Shown: positions 8,304 to 17,439 of the stretch, piece after piece
Position numbering within the stretch: the first letter of the stretch is position 1
Layout: the number at the start of each line of letters is the position of its first letter
IMG/VR virus record: IMGVR_UViG_3300008262_003982
Strand: one strand, 5' to 3'
Source: a virus
Taxonomy: Duplodnaviria > Heunggongvirae > Uroviricota > Caudoviricetes
DNA: 64,000 nucleotides
Notes under the pieces: generated by a model
Seen by the model: only the letters and a program-made list of their open reading frames with translations
What the model was told of the DNA's origin: nothing
Databases searched by the model: none
Made by a program: the position numbers and the translations under genes

Positions 8304-9460
8304 ATAGAGTAGTTATTACAGGAGTGGGTTGCATTACTCCATTGGGCAATAGTTATGATCAAGTTGTTGCTGCCATGTATGCAGGAACATCAGGCATCAT
8401 TTTTAGTGAAACTCTCCAGGCCAACACTGCCAAGGTTGGATTAGGACACAGCAACATCAATGATCAATTTGATCGTTATGATACTGCGGCCACAAGTTTG
8501 TTTGCTCGCGCCACCATGCTGGCATACCAACAAGCAAAAGCAGATGCAAAAACCAGTGTGGATGGTGTTTACATTGGTACAGGCGCAGGTGCTGCCTACG
8601 AAGTGAACAACACCATTCTTGAATTCCAGGATAAAGGTCGAGTGCGTCCAAACAGTTTGGTATCATCAATGAGCAGTGGCGCAGCCAGTTTTATTGCGTC
8701 AAAAGACAACATCACAGGTCCTGTGTTCACACACACAGCGGCATGTGCTTCCAGCAGTGTGTCTATTGGAGAAGCATACAAAGCCATCAAACATGGCGAG
8801 GTCAGCGTTATGGCAGCCGGCGGCGCCGAATTTTGCCTCAGTCCCATTTTAGTGGACCAATGGCGGGCCATGCGGGCCATGGGCACAAAGTCTGCACCAT
8901 TCAGTGCCACACGAGATGGCATCATCTTGGGCGAAGGCAGTGTTGTTTATGTTCTAGAAAGTTTGGATCATGCGCTGGTTCGAAATGCTGTGATACATGC
9001 AGAAATTGTGGGATATGGTATCAGTTGTGGCAGCGAAACTCTAACCAAGCCCAGTGAACAAGGTCAGATCTCTGCCATGCAATCTGCACTGAATGGTATT
9101 GATCCAAGTCGTGTGACCTATATCAACGCACATGGCACAGGCACACCTGTTGGAGACTTGGTTGAATTAAGTAGTATACAAAAAGTATTTGGCAGTGGCG
9201 TTCCCATCAGTTCAACCAAGGCACTGCACGGGCACTTGTTGGGCAACTCTGGAGCCATGGAACTGCTGGCTTGTTTGGCTGTGCTAAAAACAAATCAAAT
9301 TATTCCCAATTGGAATCTAACTGATCCTGATCCTGCAATTCCTGAAGGTGTGTACCTACCAACTGAGGTTGTTGAGCATGAACAAGATGTGTGTTTGAAC
9401 AACAGCTTTGCATTTGGTGGTACCAATGTGGTGCTGGCATTGACAAAATTTTTAGCATGA
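8300..9460 (+). CDS. fabF: beta-ketoacyl-ACP synthase (FabF/FabB type)
   Basis: VVITGVGCITPLG, TAACASS (catalytic Cys), NAHGTGT, KALHGH and NSFAFGG. Confidence 0.92.
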   Translation: MNRVVITGVGCITPLGNSYDQVVAAMYAGTSGIIFSETLQANTAKVGLGHSNINDQFDRYDTAATSLFARATMLAYQQAKADAKTSVDGVYIGTGAGAAYEVNNTILEFQDKGRVRPNSLVSSMSSGAASFIASKDNITGPVFTHTAACASSSVSIGEAYKAIKHGEVSVMAAGGAEFCLSPILVDQWRAMRAMGTKSAPFSATRDGIILGEGSVVYVLESLDHALVRNAVIHAEIVGYGISCGSETLTKPSEQGQISAMQSALNGIDPSRVTYINAHGTGTPVGDLVELSSIQKVFGSGVPISSTKALHGHLLGNSGAMELLACLAVLKTNQIIPNWNLTDPDPAIPEGVYLPTEVVEHEQDVCLNNSFAFGGTNVVLALTKFLA

Positions 9461-9498
9461 AGAAAAAACGTCAATTAACTTATAGAGGAGAACTCCAA

Positions 9499-9885
9499 AT
9501 GGATATGGCTACATGGGAAAAACAAGAAGTGGTGCGACTGCTCAAGGGAGCGCCAGGCACACAATATCAAGAGGCAGATGATGTCAACAAGGCCATCATC
9601 CGTGATTGGATCAAGAGCCTGCTACAAAAAAGTACCATCAAAGTGACCTTTGTCAAAGCAGATGGCACCGATCGCGAAATGCTTTGCACACTCAACTGGG
9701 ATTTCATTCCCTCAGCTGCAATAACTCCAGTATTACCAGTGGATGGTATTGTTAAAGAAAGCAAAAAACCGCGCAAGGAACCTGATCCACATAGCCTTCG
9801 TGTGTTTGACCTAGAAAAACAAGAATGGCGCAGTTTCCGTTTTGATCGACTGAAGAAGATCACTGCGGAATTGAAATTCGAATAA
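9499..9885 (+). CDS. WYL-like (WYL_2/DUF2693-type) SH3-fold phage protein
   Basis: VTFVKADGTDREMLCT...VFDLEKQEWRSFRFD; AGGAG RBS before 9499. Confidence 0.75.
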   Translation: MDMATWEKQEVVRLLKGAPGTQYQEADDVNKAIIRDWIKSLLQKSTIKVTFVKADGTDREMLCTLNWDFIPSAAITPVLPVDGIVKESKKPRKEPDPHSLRVFDLEKQEWRSFRFDRLKKITAELKFE

Positions 9886-9897
9886 GTAAACACTTAT

Positions 9898-10119
9898 ATG
9901 GCCAAACAAGAAGAAACAATCAGTATGGAAGGAACAGTAGAGGAGATTTTGCCTGCCGCTATGTTTCGCATCAGATTAGATAGCATAGATAATGTGGTGA
10001 TTGGATACCTGTCAGGGCGTATGCGGACCAACAACATCAAAGTTCTTCTTGGCGATCGAGTAGAAATTGTATTCAGCCCATACGATCTATCACGAGGTCG
10101 TATCACAAGACGCAAATGA
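9898..10119 (+). CDS. infA: translation initiation factor IF-1
   Basis: MEGTVEEILP.AMFRI.L...YLSGRMR...IKVLLGDRV....SPYDLSRGRI. Confidence 0.95.
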   Translation: MAKQEETISMEGTVEEILPAAMFRIRLDSIDNVVIGYLSGRMRTNNIKVLLGDRVEIVFSPYDLSRGRITRRK

Positions 10120-10784
10120 TAGTTTCAAAAACCAACACAATACCAACTGTAGATGGATTGATCTTGTTGGATTGTTGGGAGCCTGCAGGCGGGCAATTTT
10201 TTAAAGACTATTTTTATGCAAATCTCATACATCAGTTGCGAGAATACAATTTCAAATGTATAGTCAACAGCCTAACACACAATCGATTTGACTGGAACGA
10301 TCGGAGTCTGCGTAACACTTTTCAGCGGTACTGTTGGACTTACAATAATGATCTACGAAACAATCCAACAGAAACACCAACAGACGCAGATCTTTGGGTT
10401 GCATTAAATATCTTAAAAAGTTCAGGACAACATGAGCAAACATCACATCTTGTGCAACGATATTTGTTAGACAACGAACAAAGTATTTTTTTTAACAATG
10501 ATGTTGATTTTTTACATCACACTTCCTTGTTACCGGAGCCTTGTAGACATTGGATAGTGGCCGGGCACAGTTGGCAGATGTGTACTCACAATCATGGCCT
10601 GGGGCTTGAAAGATTAGCAAACATAAGTTATTTTACTGGAATGAATTTTTACGCAACAGAATATAGTTTTTGCAAACTGCATGGTGGCACAGCCATGCGA
10701 GAAGACTTTGAAGCAGACTCAATGTCATGGGAATTTGTCAAAGGTCTAGGTTATCGATTAATGCCAACAAAGAGGGAACAATAA
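10116..10784 (+). CDS. hypothetical protein
   Basis: 222 aa ORF; ATGA overlap with infA. Confidence 0.7.
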   Translation: MIVSKTNTIPTVDGLILLDCWEPAGGQFFKDYFYANLIHQLREYNFKCIVNSLTHNRFDWNDRSLRNTFQRYCWTYNNDLRNNPTETPTDADLWVALNILKSSGQHEQTSHLVQRYLLDNEQSIFFNNDVDFLHHTSLLPEPCRHWIVAGHSWQMCTHNHGLGLERLANISYFTGMNFYATEYSFCKLHGGTAMREDFEADSMSWEFVKGLGYRLMPTKREQ

Positions 10785-11785
10785 TGTCAGTAAAAGAAAG
10801 CATACAATATCTTACCGATCAAAAAAACGGTCCAAGCTACATAGTTCGCAAATATGGAACCGGCTGGCTTGAAACCATGCCTGATCTCAAAATGTATTAT
10901 TTGACTGGGATTCCCCAGGCGTTTTATGATTCATATGTAGAAACTTGTTTCAACAGTGTGGTCAAAACTGCAATAGAGTCTGATGATGCTGATGCGTCAA
11001 GAAAAATTAGCAAAATAAACGACATGACATACAAGTACCGCCGAGAAAAGTTTTTCTTTCCTCCATTTGTGATGTGTGACACCGGCGATGTTACTGTGGG
11101 CAACAATCGACTGGCAGCGTTGATCTTGAATGGATTGCCAGCTGAAAATATTCCAGTAATTGTGTACGGTACTCCTAAATCAAATTTTACGCAATGGGGA
11201 CCTGGTACGTTGATCGAGTCAACTGAACATTTTGAACAGATGTTGGGACTAGACAATGTTGACCATGGAATAGAAATGCATTTTGATGATGTGGCTCAAC
11301 AAATGCGCCTGGACCGTACAATTGTTCGTCATACCAAATACGATCCAGAATACATTCCTCAGTTTTTACAAACACAGTTGGCCACGGGCATGCAAATACA
11401 AACCTGGTGGCGTCGTTTTTGTAAAGACTGGACTGAACAAAAACCCACACCCATCACCATCGAAGTGCATTGCACTGAAGAAACTGTGCCATTGATTAGA
11501 TACAATCCAGAAGTTTGGAAAGTAAATTTTGTGCATCGAAAACCACAAGAGTGGAGTTTTAGTTATGGCATGTTGTTGGGGCAGTGGAACAGAGATTCAG
11601 TTAGATTGAAAAACGAACCTGTACAAGCATGGGTCTACAACATTGAAGAACCACTGGATTTAGAAAAACTAGTACCTTGGGTGGACCCACAAAAAAGTTG
11701 TTATAAAACCCCTAACGAAAAACTGGTGTTTTTTTACACTGGCGAAATAACTGAGATTGCAGAAATTGCCGACATTGCAAAATAA
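10784..11785 (+). CDS. hypothetical protein
   Basis: ORF; AGAGGG RBS before ATG 10784. Confidence 0.7.
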   Translation: MSVKESIQYLTDQKNGPSYIVRKYGTGWLETMPDLKMYYLTGIPQAFYDSYVETCFNSVVKTAIESDDADASRKISKINDMTYKYRREKFFFPPFVMCDTGDVTVGNNRLAALILNGLPAENIPVIVYGTPKSNFTQWGPGTLIESTEHFEQMLGLDNVDHGIEMHFDDVAQQMRLDRTIVRHTKYDPEYIPQFLQTQLATGMQIQTWWRRFCKDWTEQKPTPITIEVHCTEETVPLIRYNPEVWKVNFVHRKPQEWSFSYGMLLGQWNRDSVRLKNEPVQAWVYNIEEPLDLEKLVPWVDPQKSCYKTPNEKLVFFYTGEITEIAEIADIAK

Positions 11786-11793
11786 ATAAGTTT

Positions 11794-12342
11794 ATGGAAA
11801 TTCGCAATCACATCAATCTTGTAGAAGCAAGCACACGTCCGGCAAAACTGGAAACCACTCCTTTGCCCTACGGCATCAAGGATCTTGAGCCTGTGATGAG
11901 CCGAGCCACAATAGACTATCACTTTGACCACTTGGCCAAAGGCTATGCAAAGCGTTACAACGCAGGAGAAGGCAATGCGGATTTTAATCGTGCTGGCAGT
12001 TTTTTACACAATAAGTTCTTCCCTCAGCTTAGGGCTCCTAAAGCTACCAACCGTCCCCGCGGCGCAGTACTCGCGTTGATAGAAGAAAAATTTAAAACTT
12101 GGGAAGACTTCAAGGAGCAGTTCAAAGAAACTGCCATGAAGATCCAAGGATCAGGTTGGGTGTATTTGAGTACTGGTGGTGACATCAAGACCATCGCCAA
12201 TCATGCTGTACGCACAGACATCTGCTGTTTGGTAGACTGGTGGGAACATGCATGGGCGTTAGATTATCAAGCGGACAAAGAAGGTTATCTCAACAACGTG
12301 TGGAAGATAATCAACTGGGACGTTTGCAACGAAAGACTATAA
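11794..12342 (+). CDS. sodB: Fe/Mn superoxide dismutase with an extra N-terminal leader
   Basis: LPYG..DLEPVMS..TIDYH, FLHN.FF and DWWEHAW (all four metal ligands); metal specificity not determined. Confidence 0.9.
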   Translation: MEIRNHINLVEASTRPAKLETTPLPYGIKDLEPVMSRATIDYHFDHLAKGYAKRYNAGEGNADFNRAGSFLHNKFFPQLRAPKATNRPRGAVLALIEEKFKTWEDFKEQFKETAMKIQGSGWVYLSTGGDIKTIANHAVRTDICCLVDWWEHAWALDYQADKEGYLNNVWKIINWDVCNERL

Positions 12343-12662
12343 TGAATTTAGAAACTGGTGCTGTGTCAAAATTACGCGAACTGATTGCTGAAGAAAATAA
12401 CCCTAATCTCATGCTCAGAGTGTTTGTGCAGGGCGGCGGCTGTTCAGGATTCAGTTATGGATTCACATTTGAAGAAACCAAAAACGAAGATGATTTTGAC
12501 TTTGCATATGATGAAGTCAAGGTAGTTGTGGATGCTATGAGCATGCAATATCTCAACGGCGCATCAATTGACTACAAAGAAGATTTGATGAGTGCCAGTT
12601 TTGTAATCAACAATCCACAGGCTTCTTCAACCTGTGGTTGTGGATCTAGCTTTGCAGTTTAG
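12342..12662 (+). CDS. erpA: A-type Fe-S cluster carrier (ErpA/IscA/HesB)
   Basis: [17 protein letters not shown] and [14 protein letters not shown]. Confidence 0.93.
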   Translation: MNLETGAVSKLRELIAEENNPNLMLRVFVQGGGCSGFSYGFTFEETKNEDDFDFAYDEVKVVVDAMSMQYLNGASIDYKEDLMSASFVINNPQASSTCGCGSSFAV

Positions 12663-12891
12663 ATCGATTTTTTGGGTTTGATGCCCAAGCCTTATACTGC
12701 AACAGAATTGAACTGTTTTTGGCCCACACAGGAACACCACCATCACCTTGCAGTATGTAAAGAAATAATGGGACGTTGGGTATAATTTCATTATACTGAG
12801 CTGCGTTCTTGGTCACCTGTTCAAACACCTTGTCTTTTGTGCTGTCATCAAGCGCATGAAATTTCTGTGTAAGTTCTTGTATGGTAAACAT
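12646..12891 (-). CDS. hypothetical protein
   Basis: AGGA RBS; follows the glycine-rich gene directly. Confidence 0.65.
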   Translation of the reverse strand: MFTIQELTQKFHALDDSTKDKVFEQVTKNAAQYNEIIPNVPLFLYILQGDGGVPVWAKNSSILLQYKAWASNPKNRSKLQS

Positions 12892-12892
12892 A

Positions 12893-15100
12893 TTATTCCT
12901 TGTAATCAATAGTACTGGTCTTTTTAATTTTCTTTACAATATAACCAATGGCTTTGTTAACTGCAAGACCCACAGTCACACATGCCCATCCTCCAATGCT
13001 GAATGGAATGTTGTGCCCAGCACGTCGAGCAATTTCTTTAGAGAATGCGCCACCGATGACTCGTGCTAGTGATATGGCCAACTGCTGACTCAATCGTTGT
13101 TGTTCATCAGCGGTTTTCCAGAATAACAATTTAGGCAACATGGGTCGACCTTGCCCTTTGACATATTGTACAAGTACATCAGCCCAGGCTCTGTAGCCAC
13201 GATAAGACACAAAATCATTTTGATACAACCATAAACCATAGGCTTGGTCGTATTCAAATATTTCTTTTTCCATGTAGCCAAGTTCGTACAGTGCTGTACA
13301 GATCACTTTGCCACCACCACCTCCTCCACCACCGTCCCAACCGCCATACCCATCTCCGCCGCCACTTGGTGGAGGAGGTGGTGGTAATTCTTCAAAATCT
13401 GCTGGCAATGGATTTGTTCCAAGGCCAAGATAATTTGCAAACACCGGACTGGTTGATGCAATTGTTGGTACCCATTCGCCGTTTATTTTTATAAATTTTT
13501 TCTTAGCCAAGCGCCATAGTCCAGTATATTTTACAAAAGTTTTGGTCACTGGATTCCATGTGCCAGCAGTTTTTACATGTATGTCCGGCACTTCAAACAC
13601 AAATACCGCATAGCCGTTTCTGCCATTTCCTTCAAGATTGCCAACAACGGCTTGAGACTGTCCACCTAATGCAACACCTGCTCGATAATAAATGTTGGTT
13701 GTGCCACCAGGAGTTCTACCCGAAGGATTTTGCACTTCAATTCCAGTGCTGCCACCAAATGATCCTGATGTGCCGCCGTCGCCGCCTGCACCTGGGGATG
13801 CACCACCACGGCCACCTGTGATGCCGCCACCGCCTCCGCCGCAGCCACCGCCATTATAATACACTCTGCTGGTGCCATTTTGACCAGCAAAAAATCCTGC
13901 GGCATTCTGACCGCGTGCGCCCGGAGCACTAGCACCTGCACTGGTGATACCACCAGCTCCGCCTCCGCCTCCGCCACCGGCTGCACCAATTATCACATCA
14001 TTCTTTAAAATTATTGTAGCGCCGCCGCCACCCCCGGCTCCGCCACCACCTGCTATTCCATCACCGCCCCGGGCACCGGCATAATTAACACCAGATCCAA
14101 TAACTAATGCAACGGCGCCTCGTTTGCCGGTAGCAGCAGTTGACACTATTCTAATAGTTCTATTGCCAGCTGTAACAATAACTCCCACAGTCCAGGGAAT
14201 TTGTGGATCATAACTGAATGCCGCAAATTCACCATCTACATAAAAATCTGCTCGTCCATTAGAGCATATGGTAAATTGATAGTTGCCAGTCGACGGAAAT
14301 GCCACGGTATATGTTCTGTCAAACACTGATGCCGAAGGCGGGTCTACCCAAACTCCGTAATTGTTTAAAAATGTGCAGTAGGTCGGACTGAATTCACGAT
14401 AAACAGGTGGGGAGGCAGTGTTAGTAACAGTGTTAAAAAGACTCGATGTAAGTAAACCAGCACCAGCTTCGCCGCCTGGTGTTATTCCAGAGGCCAATGC
14501 AGTGACGCCGCCGGCACCACCACCTTGTCCTACTGCAACATCAAGTATGTCACCTTCGTTGATGGTAAAATTAACCTGTGCATACGCACCGCCGCCGCCG
14601 GTGCCGCCTACTGCTGCGCCACTTGTGTACGTGGTATAATCAAAATCGTAAACTTTCACAAAATACGGAGACTGTACTCCATTTTGTGTGTATATTGTTA
14701 CGCCTTGAAACGTTGTTGGGTTAGCCAGGATTGTGGGTGGTGGATTATTAAGTCTGGCTGGATTTGGTGCAGGTGGCGGTGGCGGAACTGGAGAACCATA
14801 AACTATAATTCCATTTATTACCACAACCCATGCTATTGGGTAATAGGTTTCTGGTCCTTCGTTAAAAACGTTATAACCAAGTTCATAATAACCAGATTTA
14901 TTTGGTATCAGTGGACCAAACCAAGGATCCTGCTGAATATCGCCTTGATAACTGGTTGTAAATGACCCAGTTGGCGCCCTAGCGCCGCCTGCACCACCAC
15001 CGCCCCACAAGTATGCAGTCACAGGCACAGCGTTGCCATGCACCCAGGTCAATCTCTGGACAAACCCAGTGTACCCTGCTTCTCTTATTACTTCTGCCAT
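12893..15100 (-). CDS. glycine-rich virion/tail protein with PA14-like beta domain and C-terminal KVICT helical domain
   Basis: GGGGAGG tracts; FPSTGNYQFTICSNGRADFYVDG; C-terminal GGKVICTALYELG. Confidence 0.8.
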   Translation of the reverse strand: MAEVIREAGYTGFVQRLTWVHGNAVPVTAYLWGGGGAGGARAPTGSFTTSYQGDIQQDPWFGPLIPNKSGYYELGYNVFNEGPETYYPIAWVVVINGIIVYGSPVPPPPPAPNPARLNNPPPTILANPTTFQGVTIYTQNGVQSPYFVKVYDFDYTTYTSGAAVGGTGGGGAYAQVNFTINEGDILDVAVGQGGGAGGVTALASGITPGGEAGAGLLTSSLFNTVTNTASPPVYREFSPTYCTFLNNYGVWVDPPSASVFDRTYTVAFPSTGNYQFTICSNGRADFYVDGEFAAFSYDPQIPWTVGVIVTAGNRTIRIVSTAATGKRGAVALVIGSGVNYAGARGGDGIAGGGGAGGGGGATIILKNDVIIGAAGGGGGGGAGGITSAGASAPGARGQNAAGFFAGQNGTSRVYYNGGGCGGGGGGITGGRGGASPGAGGDGGTSGSFGGSTGIEVQNPSGRTPGGTTNIYYRAGVALGGQSQAVVGNLEGNGRNGYAVFVFEVPDIHVKTAGTWNPVTKTFVKYTGLWRLAKKKFIKINGEWVPTIASTSPVFANYLGLGTNPLPADFEELPPPPPPSGGGDGYGGWDGGGGGGGGKVICTALYELGYMEKEIFEYDQAYGLWLYQNDFVSYRGYRAWADVLVQYVKGQGRPMLPKLLFWKTADEQQRLSQQLAISLARVIGGAFSKEIARRAGHNIPFSIGGWACVTVGLAVNKAIGYIVKKIKKTSTIDYKE

Positions 15101-15103
15101 ATA

Positions 15104-17371
15104 TTAAATTTGATACCAAACGTCGCCGTCATTACCACCAGTTGGAAGATCAAACGAAATGTATCTTACACCATAGCCATTGCTGTTTGTTGCAATACTG
15201 AGTGTGAGATCAGATGCCAAGTTGCCGCCTCCAGCCAGCCCATTGCCTGTATTGATAGCTCTAGTTAATGGAGGAACCCCTAGACTTGTTCTTGCGGCTG
15301 CTGCTGTGGCTCCATTTGTTCCACCAGATTCGATAGGTATTGGTGCAGTCAATGTAGTTATGTAGCCGCCAGTGATGGCCACACTATTGGCATTTTGAGT
15401 GGCCATTGTCCCTACTGTAGTAGTAGCGCCAGACTCTAACTGCAATGCAGTTCTTGCACCGGCCGCAGTGGTGGCACCTGTACCACCATTTAGAAGAGAC
15501 AGTGGGAAATCAGGAATGCCAAGAGCTGCTCTAGCATTGCCTGCTGTGGACGCTCCGGTACCGCCATTGGGAATTGTCAATGGAGTGATACCAGTAATAG
15601 AACCGCCTTCAATAGTTACTGCATTGGCATTTTGAGTGGCCATGGTGCCTACGTTTGTGGTAGCACCAGTTTCCAATCCCAAATTACTTCTAGCGCCGGC
15701 CGAGTCTGATGCACCGGTGCCACCTTGTGCAATTGACAACGGAGTGATGCCTGTGATGGTACCGCCAGTGATGGTGATGTTTGACGAATTTTGAGTGGCC
15801 ATGGTACCAAGGCCCAAATTGGTTCTGGCTTGCACCTCAGTGGTTGCGCCAGTTCCGCCAGATACAATTGCAATAGCACTGATACCGCTTATTTGACCAC
15901 CAGTAATAGTGACATTGTCAGAAGCCTGTGTGGCCATGCTGTTAAGACCCAGATTAATTCGAGCATTAACATTACTGGTTGCACCAGTTCCGCCGCTGGC
16001 AATAGGCAATGGTGTTGCTAAACTTTGTATGGTTACACCTTCAATTGCACCACCAGTGATTGCAACTGCATTGGACTGCTGAATAGCAATAGTACCAAGT
16101 CCAAGATTGTCTCTAGCAGAAACAACGTCGAATCCCCCAGTACCACCTGCACTTATGGCCAATGGAGTGATGCCTGTAATTGTACCACCTGTGATGTTTA
16201 CAGCAGTGGAATTTTGTGTGGATATTGTTCCTAGTCCCAAATTGGTTCTGGCGCCAGCTGCGGTACTTGCCCCAGTGCCGCCATCGGCCACTGCCAAGTC
16301 AATAATGCCAGTTATCTCGCCACCTGAAATTGCAACTGCGTTGGCATCTTGTTGTGATACTGATCCAAGTCCTAAACTGGATCTAGCTGTGGCAGCAGTG
16401 TTTCCGCCGGTGCCGCCATCAATAATAGCCAGTGGAGTGATACCTGTTATTGTTCCACCAGTGATTGCAATAGCGTTGGCATTTTGCTGACTGGCTGTTC
16501 CCAAGTTACCAGTTACACTGTAAACAAACCCAGTGGTGGCCAATTGAGTGTTGGCTGTGCCTACCACTGCGGTTGGTGCTGTGGGCACTCCCAAAAATGC
16601 TGGACTTACTTTTTCGCCTTGAACAAAAGCAGTAGTGGCCAACTGCGAAGTGTTGGTTCCAGCGGCTGCGGTAGGCGCAGTGGGAATCCCAACCAACGCT
16701 GGACTGTCTTTTTGATTTTGCACAAACTCAGTGGTAGCCAATTGAGTGTTGTTAGACACATTTGCTGGTGTTGGTGCAGTGGGTATGCCTGCAAAGGCTG
16801 GTCCAGCAGTTACAAATGCTGTGGTTGCAATCTGTGTGGTTGCTGTACCCGATGAGGCAGTGGGTGCTGTGGGCACACCACTCAATTGTGGACTGTTGGA
16901 AACAAATGCTGTGGTTGCAATCTGTGTGGTTGCTGTGCCAGCCGCAGCAGTAGGAGCAGTGGGCACGCCACTTAATTGTGGACTGTTGGAAACAAATGCA
17001 GTGGTTGCTAATTGTGTGTTGGCTGTGCCGGCAGCGGCTGTGGGTGCTGTGGGAACTCCAGTAAAAGCAGGACTGATTTTTTGAGCTTGCACATAATCTT
17101 GGCTGGCCAATGCAGTGAAAGTATTGCCAGAACTGTATACAGAAATAACATCAGTACTGGAATTGTACCAAAGTTGTCCTAAAATTGGTTGCAATGGTCC
17201 AGTATCATTGGCAAAGTTTTCCAACAAAAACACATAGTTTTCGTTTTCTGCCGTGCCATAACTAGACACAGCACGACCTACTAGATTCAAACTAGTGCTA
17301 GTGGTGTTAATAGTGCCGTCTGGGACCACAGCAATTGTTTGTCCTCTGCTGTTATTGATGATATATGACAT
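15104..17371 (-). CDS. repeat-rich tail fibre protein
   Basis: PTAPT..GT.TTQ.ATTAFV repeats and ITGG.ITGITPL...GGTGA repeats. Confidence 0.85.
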   Translation of the reverse strand: MSYIINNSRGQTIAVVPDGTINTTSTSLNLVGRAVSSYGTAENENYVFLLENFANDTGPLQPILGQLWYNSSTDVISVYSSGNTFTALASQDYVQAQKISPAFTGVPTAPTAAAGTANTQLATTAFVSNSPQLSGVPTAPTAAAGTATTQIATTAFVSNSPQLSGVPTAPTASSGTATTQIATTAFVTAGPAFAGIPTAPTPANVSNNTQLATTEFVQNQKDSPALVGIPTAPTAAAGTNTSQLATTAFVQGEKVSPAFLGVPTAPTAVVGTANTQLATTGFVYSVTGNLGTASQQNANAIAITGGTITGITPLAIIDGGTGGNTAATARSSLGLGSVSQQDANAVAISGGEITGIIDLAVADGGTGASTAAGARTNLGLGTISTQNSTAVNITGGTITGITPLAISAGGTGGFDVVSARDNLGLGTIAIQQSNAVAITGGAIEGVTIQSLATPLPIASGGTGATSNVNARINLGLNSMATQASDNVTITGGQISGISAIAIVSGGTGATTEVQARTNLGLGTMATQNSSNITITGGTITGITPLSIAQGGTGASDSAGARSNLGLETGATTNVGTMATQNANAVTIEGGSITGITPLTIPNGGTGASTAGNARAALGIPDFPLSLLNGGTGATTAAGARTALQLESGATTTVGTMATQNANSVAITGGYITTLTAPIPIESGGTNGATAAAARTSLGVPPLTRAINTGNGLAGGGNLASDLTLSIATNSNGYGVRYISFDLPTGGNDGDVWYQI
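15280..16505 (-). repeat. about eight coding repeats of ~45 aa (LG..ATQNANAV.ITGG.ITGITPL.I..GGTGA..AA.AR..LG)
   Basis: Nine GGT(G/N) cores in the translation. Confidence 0.9.
16525..17074 (-). repeat. six coding tandem repeats of 30-33 aa (SP.L.GVPTAPTAAAGTATTQIATTAFV)
   Basis: About 90-nt period; units 2 and 3 are nearly identical in DNA. Confidence 0.9.
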
Positions 17372-17390
17372 TGTTTACTCCGAGCTGGTG

Positions 17391-17421
17391 TATTTAGCGG
17401 TGCACAGAGTTTTGGTAAATA
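17391..17421. promoter_or_regulatory. divergent pair of T4-like late promoter cores (TAAATA)
   Basis: TATTTA at 17391-17396 (minus strand) and TAAATA at 17416-17421 (plus strand) between divergent structural operons. Confidence 0.7.
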
Positions 17422-17439
17422 GCTTACTAGGACTGGATT

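Noticed and set aside
12893-13312. Intein/Hint domain at the end of the glycine-rich protein
   Set aside because: It lacks the CF/CL start, the TxxH block B and the terminal HN; kept only as an unknown domain
16860-17045. Near-identical 90-nt pair as a DGR template/variable repeat
   Set aside because: The copies are tandem and in frame, the differences are mostly synonymous rather than adenine-specific, and no reverse transcriptase is in the window
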